Shown: positions 49,254-59,317, counted from the stretch's first letter. The stretch: DNA of 64,000 nucleotides from Alkalispirochaeta sp. (GCA_965601925.1 OZ271854.1:4224001-4288000), one strand, 5' to 3'. Numbers and translations are program-made. Notes: generated from the sequence alone by a model not told the origin.

Positions 49254-50216
49254 GTGTTATCGATGAAATCAGCAACGCTGTTGACGATTGTAATGGTCGC
49301 GCTCGGCGCGCCGCTTGTCGCCAACGAAATGACCGTTTCGATCCGCCTTCACAATGAGCAGATATACTTCTCCAATAGCCCTATAGATATTCTCGTCACG
49401 ATCCGAAATGAGACCCCCGACCCGGTGCGATTTCGCATGGCCGACAATCGACTCTACAGCGTCGACTTTGCCGTTCGGACGGCCGACAACCAACCGGTCG
49501 AAAGCTCGCGGGACTTTATCATAGGAAGGGCGGCAAATCAAGTTTTCTACCGCACCGTCACGCTCCAGCCGGGAGAGCACCTGAGCTTCGTGGAGCCCTT
49601 AACCGACTACGTCGCAGCCATAGAACCGGGCCTCTACACCGTGCAGGCGCGATTTTACCCGGAACTCGCCTCCATGTCGGGAACGGACGCGGTATCGTCG
49701 AACGTAATCAACCTAACGATTCGACCCGGACAGACCGAGGAGATTCGTCGCGAGATGCGCTTTGAGGCGATCGTAGAGCGCGAACTGCAACGCGAGCGAT
49801 TCAGCCCGGACGAAGTCGTTGCATACGTGTTGGAAGCACAACGCCAAGGCAACTGGGAACGATTTTTCCTCTACCTGAACCTCGAGAAACTGTATCGTCA
49901 GGCGCCGGAACGCGACCGACGCTTCGTCCGGCTGAGCGAACAAGAGCAGTTGGAAGAACTGTTGCGATATCGCGCCGATCTTGAAGGGAGAGCCGTCGAG
50001 CAGGATGTCAATCTCGTGGTCATTCCCGACGAGTACGAGATCATCGAAACGCGTTATTCTCCGAACGAGGGCGAGGTCGTTGCCGAGCTACTTTTCAATT
50101 TCCGTACCTATCGTGAACGGCGACGCTACACCTATCGACTGGAGCGTCGTAACGGCTTTTGGGAGATCATCGGCTACGACGTTATCAACCTGCCCAACGA
50201 GGCGTTTGCGCAATGA
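49254..50216 (+). CDS. Exported hypothetical protein
   Basis: Signal peptide (..GAPLVA|NE); AGGAG SD; ATGA-coupled to the next gene; no recognised domain. Confidence 0.7.
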   Translation: MLSMKSATLLTIVMVALGAPLVANEMTVSIRLHNEQIYFSNSPIDILVTIRNETPDPVRFRMADNRLYSVDFAVRTADNQPVESSRDFIIGRAANQVFYRTVTLQPGEHLSFVEPLTDYVAAIEPGLYTVQARFYPELASMSGTDAVSSNVINLTIRPGQTEEIRREMRFEAIVERELQRERFSPDEVVAYVLEAQRQGNWERFFLYLNLEKLYRQAPERDRRFVRLSEQEQLEELLRYRADLEGRAVEQDVNLVVIPDEYEIIETRYSPNEGEVVAELLFNFRTYRERRRYTYRLERRNGFWEIIGYDVINLPNEAFAQ

Positions 50217-50965
50217 ACGTGATGCTCGTCGCGGCGTCGGATGAAATCAAACCGTTCGTCGAGCGCATCTTTACCTTTCATCACGTCGACGTGATCTACT
50301 ACAACAACCCCATCAAGGCGATGGATAATCTCGACGAGATCCAGCCGGACGTTATTATCTTCATGGCCGGCGATTTTCCGCGCCACTGGAAGCCGTTCAT
50401 TACCTATCTACGCAATACATTCAATCGCCACGAGACGATCTTCATCCTTCTGGTGAACGAGACATTCGATGCCGACGAGGCGAACAAAGCGGAATATCTG
50501 CAGGTCAACGCGATTCTCGACGACGACCTGGCGAATACCGAGACTGTCGAACGCATACGCGGTATCGTCACTCGGTATCATCAAAGTGTAGACATACGCA
50601 AAACGACTCGTCATCTCCCGGCAACGGCCGACCAGATACGGTGCATCTTCACCAGTCCCTACACCTTTACCATTTGTACCGGAACGGTGTTGGACATTTC
50701 CGCGGGCGGCATCAGGATCAAACCTGAGGATCCCTCGGTCAGTGAAACGCTCGATGCTCACGCGATCATTACTATGGCCTCTCTCCGCCTCGGCGAGTCG
50801 CTCCTTGCCGTACAACTGCGGGTCATCAGAATAGCCGAGGCGATAGCCTTTGAGTTCGTGAACCTTACCGTTGAAATAGAACGGACGATTGCAGACTATA
50901 TCGCCGCCCGTATGAACGAAACTCTTATGGCCGAGGCGGTATCGGACGACACGCGGAGTCCCTAA
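50213..50965 (+). CDS. PilZ-domain protein with a receiver-like N-terminus
   Basis: RxxxR (IRKTTRH) and DISAGG c-di-GMP-binding motifs; ATGA overlap with the upstream gene. Confidence 0.75.
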   Translation: MNVMLVAASDEIKPFVERIFTFHHVDVIYYNNPIKAMDNLDEIQPDVIIFMAGDFPRHWKPFITYLRNTFNRHETIFILLVNETFDADEANKAEYLQVNAILDDDLANTETVERIRGIVTRYHQSVDIRKTTRHLPATADQIRCIFTSPYTFTICTGTVLDISAGGIRIKPEDPSVSETLDAHAIITMASLRLGESLLAVQLRVIRIAEAIAFEFVNLTVEIERTIADYIAARMNETLMAEAVSDDTRSP

Positions 50966-51000
50966 CGGTCCGCTGCCCCACATCCGGGATTCGTGCCGGT

Positions 51001-51246
51001 CCTCCGTTTCGAGTCCAGCGCATAAAAAAAACCGATTCGCAATGCGAATCGGCAATACTCCCCCGGCTGGACTCGCCCTCCCGTCGCACGCATCCTGCGC
51101 GCTCCGTCCTGGCCGCCTCCGGGGCTAAAATGACATCCTGTCATTTTGCGCTCCAGGTATTCGCGCCGCCCCTCCGTTTCGAATCCAGCCGCATAAAAAA
51201 AACCGATTCGCAATGCGAATCGGCAATACTCCCCCGGCTGGACTCG
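51001..51246 (-). repeat. tRNA-linked tandem repeat (tRNA 3' end, terminator and anti-T-arm sequence), two copies about 170 bp apart
   Basis: 51001-51075 is nearly identical to 51171-51246; each holds the CCGATTCGCA-a-TGCGAATCGG hairpin with an A8 (U8) run. Confidence 0.85.
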
Positions 51247-51301
51247 AACCAACGACCTAGTGGTTAACAGCCACCCGCTCTACCAACTGAGCTACAGGGG
51301 A
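51229..51301 (-). tRNA. tRNA-Asn (GTT)
   Basis: Reverse complement TCCCCTGTAGCTCAGTTGGTAGAGCGGGTGGCT-GTT-AACCACTAGGTCGTTGGTTCGAGTCCAGCCGGGGGAG. Confidence 0.95.
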
Positions 51302-51363
51302 TCGTCTGAATTGGAGCGTAGTGTACGAATATGCGAGAGACATGTCAAGACGATGCTCGTAAG

Positions 51364-51717
51364 TCACTGCACCTCAAATGGGTGCATCTCAATGCCGACA
51401 CTGCCCTTCCGGACCGACACCTCGACGAGTTGAACCGTCTCTCCGTCCTCGGTCACAATGCGACTGAGATCGCCGACACGCACGACATCTTCCATCTTGA
51501 ACTCATAAAAGTGCGACGCGTCCTCCATGGGCTTGGTGATGAGCAAGAACTTCTTATGGTCGTACGGGTGCTTACGCACCGCTCCGCGAAAGCGAGTCGC
51601 CTCGGCGCCGAGATCGCTCTCGTAGTTGTATCGAACTATTTCGTTCAGAGCCGCCGTCGTTAAGTAGTTCTGAGACACCATATCGAAATTGTACGTGCTG
51701 TCTTCGGGCGATGTCAA
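51364..51717 (-). CDS. Small hypothetical protein
   Basis: Protein-like composition (FRGAVRKHPYD...YEF...DGETV); start overlaps the mscS stop; alternative start ATG 51681. Confidence 0.65.
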   Translation of the reverse strand: MTSPEDSTYNFDMVSQNYLTTAALNEIVRYNYESDLGAEATRFRGAVRKHPYDHKKFLLITKPMEDASHFYEFKMEDVVRVGDLSRIVTEDGETVQLVEVSVRKGSVGIEMHPFEVQ

Positions 51718-52577
51718 TTCACGATTCCACGACTCTGCGTCAACCGAGCACCGTCGTCCGACGCTTCACCGGTGGCAACTTCAATTGCCCGCGTTCTAAT
51801 CGGAATCGAACGTTCAGAGAAGACGCGTTGGACCGCGTCGACGATCTCGTTCCGTGCATTCACATAGTGTTGTCGTTCAAACCATACCCCAAGAAGAACC
51901 CGTGATCCGTTTTCCACAAACTCTTTGAAGAGCACAAACGGTTCCGGTTCCTCCAACACAAAATCACAGGAGTCCGCCGCATCGCGGAGGGCGGTGCATA
52001 CGGTCGAAACGCGCTGCTGGACCGGGGTCGTTACGATGATATCCATTCGCCGTATCGGAAAGCGTGTAATGTTAACGATCGTCTGTTCGATGAGTTGCTG
52101 GTTCGGCACGCGAATGAATACGTTGTCAAAGGTTTTTATCTTTATCGAAAGGAGATCGATCGAGAAAATCGTTCCGGTTTGGGTGCCGATGCGCACCACA
52201 TCGCCGATCTCGAAGAAGTTCTCCGAAACGAGAAATAGCCCACTGATAATATTGCTGAGACTCGCCTGGCTGGCGATACCGACGGCGATACCGACTACCC
52301 CCGCGGCACCCAACAGGGCGCCGACACTCACGCCCGCCGCGTTGAGTACGAGGATCAAAATAAGCACGACGCCGGAATAAAGGAGCGTCTTACGTAAAAG
52401 TTCGCGACTCTGATCTCGCAGCCCTTTTCCGAATGTTCGAAGAACGGCCTTGATGAATAGGCGCAAGACCAACACCCCTACGACGAGAATCAGCAGCGCG
52501 ACGACGAGTTCCTCCCAACTCGGGAGCCATTCAATCGAGACATCGCCTAACCTTTGGATGAGGTTTCGCACGGCCAT
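51714..52577 (-). CDS. mscS: Small-conductance mechanosensitive channel
   Basis: Three TMs; GAAGVVGIAVGIASQASLSNIISG, FEIGDVV and IRVPNQ motifs. Confidence 0.9.
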   Translation of the reverse strand: MAVRNLIQRLGDVSIEWLPSWEELVVALLILVVGVLVLRLFIKAVLRTFGKGLRDQSRELLRKTLLYSGVVLILILVLNAAGVSVGALLGAAGVVGIAVGIASQASLSNIISGLFLVSENFFEIGDVVRIGTQTGTIFSIDLLSIKIKTFDNVFIRVPNQQLIEQTIVNITRFPIRRMDIIVTTPVQQRVSTVCTALRDAADSCDFVLEEPEPFVLFKEFVENGSRVLLGVWFERQHYVNARNEIVDAVQRVFSERSIPIRTRAIEVATGEASDDGARLTQSRGIVN

Positions 52578-52579
52578 AG

Positions 52580-53326
52580 CTATCCGGCCAGACTCTTCAA
52601 CCAGAGAAAGCTCTTCCGAATAATATCCGACCCGGCGGGAACGCGGCTCGTCGAAACGAGCTCGCCCCCCCGGGAAAGAACCTCCCGGCCGGATTCGAAC
52701 GAGATCTGACTCAACTGTTCACGCCCTTTGAAGGTTACCGTGACGCCGTTGGACTCAATACAATCCTCGAAACGATACAGATCGTGGTGTACGACGCGCA
52801 GAAGGAAACGCTCAAACCACAGCACCGAATCCGAACTATTGCGAATCGTCACCGGCACGACGTATTGGTGGCGTTGATACGATTCTCGCGACTGAGGCTC
52901 GAATCGGCGTACGTAGGCGATCTCTCCTCCGTCGACCGCACCGAACCACGTACGTTTCAGGATCCGGCTCGGCACGTCAAAGAGCGTCTCCTGCGTCCCT
53001 TCACACCCGGGGTCGATCTTTGTAACTCGTATCCACAAGGGTAACAGTACGCGGTATTGGACGACTTCCCCGCATGAAAGAGCGACCGGGTTCGAGGGTC
53101 TCAAAACGATCGGTAGATCCGGTGTCGCCGGCTCCAGACGCAGAGTTCCTCGTGTACCGACGTGTGCGTCGTGCCACCCCACGCTCCGAGCCCACACGGC
53201 GCTTTCGCCGTCGAGGTGCATCCGATAGATATCACCCGAACGGATTACACGCAGTGATAGGCCGCCGATCGAGCGCGATACCTCGGCCCCTTCTTCGATA
53301 TCAAGCTCGCCCCACTTATAGTCCAT
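52580..53326 (-). CDS. Hypothetical protein, DUF432-like
   Basis: LKRTWFG..DGGEIAY pattern; sits in an operon with mscS; start placed at ATG 53326 because the longer ORF overlaps the tRNA. Confidence 0.6.
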   Translation of the reverse strand: MDYKWGELDIEEGAEVSRSIGGLSLRVIRSGDIYRMHLDGESAVWARSVGWHDAHVGTRGTLRLEPATPDLPIVLRPSNPVALSCGEVVQYRVLLPLWIRVTKIDPGCEGTQETLFDVPSRILKRTWFGAVDGGEIAYVRRFEPQSRESYQRHQYVVPVTIRNSSDSVLWFERFLLRVVHHDLYRFEDCIESNGVTVTFKGREQLSQISFESGREVLSRGGELVSTSRVPAGSDIIRKSFLWLKSLAG

Positions 53327-53331
53327 GGCAT

Positions 53332-53375
53332 AAAAAAAGCCCGTCCGGCGCACTTTTGCGAAAACGCCGTCGGGC
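53332..53375 (-). terminator. Intrinsic terminator after tRNA-Val
   Basis: Reverse complement GCCCGACGGCG...CGCCGGACGGGC followed by T7. Confidence 0.7.
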
Positions 53376-53383
53376 GCTGACAT

Positions 53384-53457
53384 TGGGCGGTGGCAGATTT
53401 GAACTGCCGACCCCATGCATGTCAAGCATGTACTCTAACCAACTGAGCTAACCGCCC
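53384..53457 (-). tRNA. tRNA-Val (GAC)
   Basis: Reverse complement GGGCGGTTAGCTCAGTTGGTTAGAGTACATGCTT-GAC-ATGCATGGGGTCGGCAGTTCAAATCTGCCACCGCCCA. Confidence 0.95.
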
Positions 53458-53459
53458 CA

Positions 53460-53894
53460 TTACGCTAAGGAAGAAACGACCCGTTCGAGCACCTTCTTCC
53501 GGTCGAGAGGCTTGACTATATAGTTTTTTGCGCCGAGGAGCAAGGACTTTTTCACAAGATCCTGTTTGCCGAGGGCGCTGATCATGACGACCCGAGCATC
53601 CTTATCAAACTCTATGATCTTCTCGAGAGCCGATACGCCGTCCAGCTTCGGCATAGTGATGTCCATCGTTACCAGATCGACGTTCGGATACAACTCTTTG
53701 TACTTTTCCAGCCCCTCTTGACCGTCCCCCGCGGTCCCGACTACCTCGAATCCCTCGGAGGTCAAAATTTGACCGATCTGTTTGGTCACGAACATCGAAT
53801 CGTCTACGACAAGGACGCGATAGGGCGTACCGTCGGGCTTGGTACCTTGAGCCGGCCGTTCGTTAATACTGGGAAAGTCCTGTTTCGTCTTCAT
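53460..53894 (-). CDS. cheY: Chemotaxis response regulator CheY
   Basis: VLVVDDS, TMDITMPKLDG, MISA and YIVKP motifs; last gene of the che cluster. Confidence 0.93.
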   Translation of the reverse strand: MKTKQDFPSINERPAQGTKPDGTPYRVLVVDDSMFVTKQIGQILTSEGFEVVGTAGDGQEGLEKYKELYPNVDLVTMDITMPKLDGVSALEKIIEFDKDARVVMISALGKQDLVKKSLLLGAKNYIVKPLDRKKVLERVVSSLA

Positions 53895-53899
53895 ACTGA

Positions 53900-54376
53900 T
53901 CAGGTCCTCTCGCGAATAGCGACGTTAATCTCAATCTTACCCATCGGTATCTCCATCGGAACGATGAGCGCCTCAAAGTTGGGGTCTGAAACCTCCATAT
54001 CGATGCCGGAAAAAATGGCCGGCGGCGTAAGATCGAACTTAAATCCCACGTTGTGGAGCTTGGTCACCGCCTGCCCGGTAATCATATTCGCGAGCTCGGT
54101 GAGAGTCGCCCGTGCCATCTCATTCAGATCGGTCACGGGTTCCATGTCCATACTCGTCAGCATACCCGATGCGACGGCGATACCGGTCTCACGCGTCATA
54201 TCAAATAGCACACGCCCTTCGACGTCGCCGGCGAGACCGACGAGCATCGCGACGCCCAGCATGGGCATCGCTGCGTTTTTCAGGTACAGCTCACCGCGAT
54301 TTACCTCGACTTGCAGAGACTCGGTAAGAATGTTGTAGGCAGATTCAACAAACGGATTGATGTATTCGACTCGCAT
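53900..54376 (-). CDS. cheX: CheY-P phosphatase CheX
   Basis: MRVEYINPFV, ELANMITG and FDLTPP motifs. Confidence 0.93.
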   Translation of the reverse strand: MRVEYINPFVESAYNILTESLQVEVNRGELYLKNAAMPMLGVAMLVGLAGDVEGRVLFDMTRETGIAVASGMLTSMDMEPVTDLNEMARATLTELANMITGQAVTKLHNVGFKFDLTPPAIFSGIDMEVSDPNFEALIVPMEIPMGKIEINVAIRERT

Positions 54377-54387
54377 TCCGACGACTC

Positions 54388-55758
54388 CTAACGGCGGCGA
54401 TACACGCTGAGCGCGTCACCGGTAATTTCTTCCCACGCTGAGATATCCGTTACCCGCTCGTTATCACCGAGCATCAGAATCCCACCGGGTTTCAACGTTT
54501 CCTCGAAGTTTTCAACGATCTTTCGTTGTACACCATCACTATGAAATGATAATAGATCACGCGCGACAATCAAATCCATCTTCGGCATTCCGGCGGAGTT
54601 CAAGACATCGCTAAACTCGAACAAAACAGCCTCTTTTATCGACGACACGAACGTGTGTCCGTTTCGTCCCTCGACGATCAAATCCCGCCACTCCTCGGGC
54701 ACGTCCCCGGGTGAAAAGACGAGATTCGGGGCGGTTGAAATCTTCATGAGGTCTTTATCACCCGCCCAGATCTTTACCTGTCGGTCCGGAAAATGCTTCT
54801 TGATCGCTGAGGCGAGCGAATAGCTCTCATGGCCGTCGCCGCAGCCGGGATTCCAGACGTGGATAATGCCCGAGGTCGGCTCAGGCACGACCGACAGGAA
54901 CTCGCGCACATACTCCTTTTGCCAAAACGCACCGGTATACGCGGAGAAGAACGATTTGAGGAACACGGCCGCGTCGTCGCCCTCGCTGAGTTGAACTTCC
55001 TCGCCGCGAGACGACCGCTCCTCGATCCACCGATCCATGCGCTTGTCGAACCACTCGGTGTTAATCGGCGTAACGTGAAAATCCGCAAAAGCCTTGAGAC
55101 CGTCGGCGACAAATGTCTTTTGGATCGATGACTCGTCACGGAGAACCCGCTCGGGCTCAACCTCTCTCAAGGGCGCCGTCGGAGACGCCGTCTCGATCGG
55201 CGCCTGTACCTCGCGAGCGACGTTTTTACGCGCCTCGTCTTCGTCGGCCTCCCGGCTGAAGATGCTGTCGGCGTCGAGAATGATATACAGCCGATTGTCG
55301 TGCTCGGCAACGCCGCTGATGTATTTCACGTTGATGTCGCCGAAGATCGGATGCGGAGGTTGTACCTGGGACGATGCAATTCCCACGACCTTGTCGATCG
55401 AGTCTACGATCACACCGATGAGATTGTTTTCAAGTCGTAGTATGAGCCCGTTTTCCGCATCACCTTCCCGCTTCTGCTCTGCAGCCAAATTGAACATGAG
55501 ACGCAAATCGATGACGGATATGATATCGCCGCGAAGGTTATACACCCCACGGACAAACGGAGCCGTGTTGGGGACGTAGGTAAACTGAGTGAATTTTGCG
55601 ATTTCCTTCACGCGCATGATGTCGATCCCGTAGTCCTTCCCGCCCAAGGAGAAAGTAACCATCTTGAAATCGACAATTTCCTGTTGTCGCGTTTGGTCTT
55701 CCTGAGCCGGATCCCGTACTGCCGCACCTTGCATCGTCTGTGTATCCACGCCTGACAT
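54388..55758 (-). CDS. cheW: CheW fused to a CheR-like domain (spirochaete CheW3 type)
   Basis: YGIDIMRVKEI and GVYNLRGDIISVIDL; C-terminal WNPGCGDGHESYSLA, DLIVARD and LKPGGILMLG. Confidence 0.9.
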   Translation of the reverse strand: MSGVDTQTMQGAAVRDPAQEDQTRQQEIVDFKMVTFSLGGKDYGIDIMRVKEIAKFTQFTYVPNTAPFVRGVYNLRGDIISVIDLRLMFNLAAEQKREGDAENGLILRLENNLIGVIVDSIDKVVGIASSQVQPPHPIFGDINVKYISGVAEHDNRLYIILDADSIFSREADEDEARKNVAREVQAPIETASPTAPLREVEPERVLRDESSIQKTFVADGLKAFADFHVTPINTEWFDKRMDRWIEERSSRGEEVQLSEGDDAAVFLKSFFSAYTGAFWQKEYVREFLSVVPEPTSGIIHVWNPGCGDGHESYSLASAIKKHFPDRQVKIWAGDKDLMKISTAPNLVFSPGDVPEEWRDLIVEGRNGHTFVSSIKEAVLFEFSDVLNSAGMPKMDLIVARDLLSFHSDGVQRKIVENFEETLKPGGILMLGDNERVTDISAWEEITGDALSVYRRR

Positions 55759-55772
55759 GCATTACTCCTCGA

Positions 55773-58205
55773 TTAGGAACCGATCGTCATTTCACGCTTT
55801 GCTCGCTCTTCCTTCTCGCGACGAAGGCCGAGTTCGAGCAGTTGACTGACATCGATGATGAGGGACACCTTACCGTCGCCGGTTATATTAGCCCCCGCAA
55901 TACCCGGAGAGTTGGTGAAATGGTCCCTCAAGGGTTTTATGACCACATCCTCCTCCCCGATGAGAGAGTCGACGATAAGCCCCATCTTTCGTTCGCTCGT
56001 CCCTACAATGACTACGTAGTGGTGATCCGGGGTTTCGTTAGTAGGTATGCGGAACAGGCGGCTCAGGCGGATGAGAGACACCACGTCGTCGCGAACGTTG
56101 AATACCTCGTAGTTATCGATCATCTTGATCTCTTCGGGCTTAATACGGTGGCTATCGATAACGGAGGTGATGGGTATGGCGTACATCTCTTTACCGACTT
56201 TTACCAGCAGTCCCTGGATGATCGCCAATGTGAGCGGGATCTTGATCGTGAAACGCGTCCCGACGCCCTTCTCGGACCATACGGTAACCGTACCGTTGAG
56301 CTTTTCGATTTGCCGCTTCACGACATCCAGTCCGACGCCGCGTCCCGATACATTGGTAACCTTGTGGGCGGTCGAGAAACCGGGATCAAAAATGAGGTTG
56401 AAAGCCTCTACATCGGAGAGCTGCTTACTGGGATGTATTATTCCTCGATCGATTCCCTTTGCACGTACCGCCTCCACGTCGATGCCTTTTCCGTCGTCGG
56501 CAATCTCGATCAGGATCATGTTGCCTTCGTTACTGGCCCGTAAGTGGACGGTTCCCGCTTCGGGCTTTCCGGCCTCGGCACGCGTCGCCGGGTCCTCTAT
56601 GCCGTGGTCGATGCTGTTGCGCACACAGTGAATCAACGGGTCGAGGAGATCCTCTATAACCGACTTGTCGAGTTCGGTCTCTTCACCCTCAATCTCGAGG
56701 GTTATCTTCTTCTTGAGGGATCGCGAAAGATCTCTCACGAGCCGCGGAAAGCGCGAGAATATCTGCGAAATCGGCACCATGCGAATCCGCATAACCCCTT
56801 CCTGAAGCTCGCTGGCGATCCTTCCCAAATTCTGTGCCGTATTACGGAACTTCGCGACCGTTCCCTTGAGATCGCCGTGGAAGCCGTCGAAGAGCGCCGG
56901 GAGATCGCCAAAGCGCTCGTTTATCTGCTTGCGGACGTTCTTGGCCGATTCGCCCCTCTGTATCTCCTGTAGATACTCCGGCAGACTATCGAAGAGCTCT
57001 TTCAGCGTCTCGCGATATTGGCCCTCAATCGTCTGGAAACTGGAGAGGTTGTCGCCGAAACCGTTGCTGATCTGGTTGAAGCTGGCTTTATTGATGACCG
57101 TCTCGCTGACGAGATTGAGAAGATTGTCGATACGTCTACTATCGACTCGCAGGACGGAACCGGCCTGCGCATTCGAACGCTTCTGCTCGGCTCGCCCTCG
57201 TTCGCCGCTTCGATCGTCTCCGTCGGCACCGTGTTCGTCGTCGTCGCCGTTCCCGGCGGCGGGCTCTCCGCCGGCGGCGAGGGCCTCCATGGCCGGTTTC
57301 TCCCGAACCTTCGAATCCTCGCGGTCCACCGGCGAAACCGGAGCGGATCGCGACTCGGGCTCGCTACGCGCCGCGGTGGGTTGTTCTTTCTTCATCAGTC
57401 CGTCGTCACCGACGGCGGACACGGCGACGGAGGAAGTCACGTCGGAGATTTGTAATCGCGCTTCATGGGCCGTGATGTCTTCTTTGGAGGCAACGTAGTA
57501 GGAGACCTCCGGGTGAAACACATCTTCGTACAACGCTTCGAAGTCGGGTACCGTCTTTAACACGGTGGCAAATTGCTTAATCGCCGCAAACAGCTGAATG
57601 CCGCCCACAGTGTTCATGGGGTTGTCTTCGCGAAACCGTACCGCAACCTCGAATATCTTTTCATCCGGTCCCGCAGCCTCGCGTAGCTCGAGCAGTTCGT
57701 ACTCGGTCAACATCCGCGTGCCGGAATCGGACGCGGCCGCCCGCGGTTTCTCTTTCTTCGGCGTCGGTGCGTCGTCCGACGTAACATCAGACGTTTTCTG
57801 CTTGGTACCGCCGCCGAGTATCGCTTTCAACGCGGCTGCAACCTCACTCGTATCTTCGGAGTAAATCGAGCCGTTCTGACGCTCCGTGAGCATACCTTTG
57901 ACGACGTCGATCGACGTCAATAGGGTATCGACCGTTCCCTCGCTGATCGAGGCGCGACCCGCCCGGATCTCGTCGAGCGCATCCTCTACCAAGTGAGTGA
58001 ACTCCGCGAGCTCGGTCATCTGCACCGTTGCCGCTCCACCCTTCAGGGTGTGGGCGGCACGAAAAATCTCGTCGATCGCGTCGGCGTTTTTCGGATCGTT
58101 CTCGAGCACCAGAATGTTGCTCTCGAGTGTCTCGACCTGCATTTCGGCTTCGACAAAAAAGTCCTTAAGAAGTTCCTCGTTGGCCGGATCAAGATAGTCG
58201 CTCAT
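55773..58205 (-). CDS. cheA: Chemotaxis histidine kinase CheA
   Basis: IFRAAHTLKG, HCVRNSIDHGIE, DDGKGID, GFST and SGRGVGLDVV motifs; C-terminal CheW-like domain. Confidence 0.96.
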   Translation of the reverse strand: MSDYLDPANEELLKDFFVEAEMQVETLESNILVLENDPKNADAIDEIFRAAHTLKGGAATVQMTELAEFTHLVEDALDEIRAGRASISEGTVDTLLTSIDVVKGMLTERQNGSIYSEDTSEVAAALKAILGGGTKQKTSDVTSDDAPTPKKEKPRAAASDSGTRMLTEYELLELREAAGPDEKIFEVAVRFREDNPMNTVGGIQLFAAIKQFATVLKTVPDFEALYEDVFHPEVSYYVASKEDITAHEARLQISDVTSSVAVSAVGDDGLMKKEQPTAARSEPESRSAPVSPVDREDSKVREKPAMEALAAGGEPAAGNGDDDEHGADGDDRSGERGRAEQKRSNAQAGSVLRVDSRRIDNLLNLVSETVINKASFNQISNGFGDNLSSFQTIEGQYRETLKELFDSLPEYLQEIQRGESAKNVRKQINERFGDLPALFDGFHGDLKGTVAKFRNTAQNLGRIASELQEGVMRIRMVPISQIFSRFPRLVRDLSRSLKKKITLEIEGEETELDKSVIEDLLDPLIHCVRNSIDHGIEDPATRAEAGKPEAGTVHLRASNEGNMILIEIADDGKGIDVEAVRAKGIDRGIIHPSKQLSDVEAFNLIFDPGFSTAHKVTNVSGRGVGLDVVKRQIEKLNGTVTVWSEKGVGTRFTIKIPLTLAIIQGLLVKVGKEMYAIPITSVIDSHRIKPEEIKMIDNYEVFNVRDDVVSLIRLSRLFRIPTNETPDHHYVVIVGTSERKMGLIVDSLIGEEDVVIKPLRDHFTNSPGIAGANITGDGKVSLIIDVSQLLELGLRREKEERAKREMTIGS

Positions 58206-58249
58206 TGCGATTCAATTCTCGTACTTTTACCGGATGGCGTCAAGATAAC

Positions 58250-58276
58250 AAAAAGGCCCTCCGCAATGGAGGGCCT
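58250..58276 (-). terminator. Intrinsic terminator after flaA
   Basis: Reverse complement AGGCCCTCC-attgc-GGAGGGCCT followed by a T run. Confidence 0.8.
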
Positions 58277-58297
58277 GACGTATTATACGGAAATCGC

Positions 58298-59317
58298 CTA
58301 CGGAGCGTCGGCGCCTTCACCGGGCGTCGCCGCCGGGTCGTGCAGTCTCCGCTGCTCCAAGTAGCGCAACACTTGGATATTACCCAAGTTGCGGAGCTCG
58401 GCCTCGCGGCGGCTGCGCTCCCGTTCTTGAAGAATGCCCCACACCGCCTCGTCGTTGATATCGCGCTCGAGTTGGAGCACGGCGCGGTCGAAGGTCAGCG
58501 AAATATCTTTGAGATACGTGATAAAATCCCCGCCCTGCATCGCCGCATCGCGGTAAATCCTGACGCCGATCAACCGACGCATGGGCGTCAAGTTCGGATA
58601 CAACGGGAAGGTACGGATCTCGCGGTTGCGCACCTCTTCGATGTAGTTGGGGTTGCGCCACTCGAGCGTTCTCCAACCGTCGAAGTTAAGATACCCCATA
58701 AAGATCTCTTGGATTCGGCTGTTTTCATCCTCGAGCACAACGCTCAATCCGTGCGGGAAGTTGAGTCCGTGGACGTTTACCAAAACGGAGCGTAGGACGC
58801 CGACGTTCTTGACGACGCCGATGTTATCAAACTTCTCGCCGCGACCGACATCCTCTTGTTGCACCAAAAGCGTTCCGTCGGCTTGAACGACTTCACGGTC
58901 GGCGTAGGCCGGAATCTCAAAGGGAGGCCGAATGAGCGCCCAGGAGTTGAACGGCTCGGTCGGGAAGTGAATCCGCGCGCCCATTACGGTCTCGTTCGCA
59001 TACTGACTCGCGCCTTCGCGAACCGGTGCGGATCGGACCAGGCTGTTCGAGACGGTGGCTACGTTCCTCGAGGACGACGCCAAATCAACTTCCCACGAAT
59101 CGATGGCCAACGAAATCCGCATCTCGGCTCTCTCTTCGTCCGTGAAACTTGAGCCGGCGGCGATGCTGTAGTCGACCAGCGTTCGCTCGTTGTGGGTCGG
59201 GTTATCAGCGGGAAAATCCGCTGTGAGTTCAGCGAAGTCAATCAGAATCGCCTCTTCGGCGAAGAGGGAACCGACCGACAGCAGTGCGATCATTACGAAA
59301 AGCACGGAACGTCTCAT
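58298..59317 (-). CDS. flaA: Flagellar filament outer-layer (sheath) protein FlaA
   Basis: Signal peptide ending SLFA|EE; LIDFAEL, GARIHFP, IRPPFEIPAY, GVVKNVG and MGYLNFDGW motifs; upstream of cheA; AAGGAG SD. Confidence 0.93.
   Translation of the reverse strand: MRRSVLFVMIALLSVGSLFAEEAILIDFAELTADFPADNPTHNERTLVDYSIAAGSSFTDEERAEMRISLAIDSWEVDLASSSRNVATVSNSLVRSAPVREGASQYANETVMGARIHFPTEPFNSWALIRPPFEIPAYADREVVQADGTLLVQQEDVGRGEKFDNIGVVKNVGVLRSVLVNVHGLNFPHGLSVVLEDENSRIQEIFMGYLNFDGWRTLEWRNPNYIEEVRNREIRTFPLYPNLTPMRRLIGVRIYRDAAMQGGDFITYLKDISLTFDRAVLQLERDINDEAVWGILQERERSRREAELRNLGNIQVLRYLEQRRLHDPAATPGEGADAP

Noticed and set aside
50962..51252. 96-aa ORF with an internal peptide repeat
   Set aside because: It is only the translation of the tRNA-linked DNA repeat and overlaps tRNA-Asn
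53327..53425. Upstream extension of the 281-aa ORF
   Set aside because: It runs through tRNA-Val and its terminator
54388..55758. CheW-CheR fusion as a novelty
   Set aside because: Already known in spirochaetes (CheW3 type)
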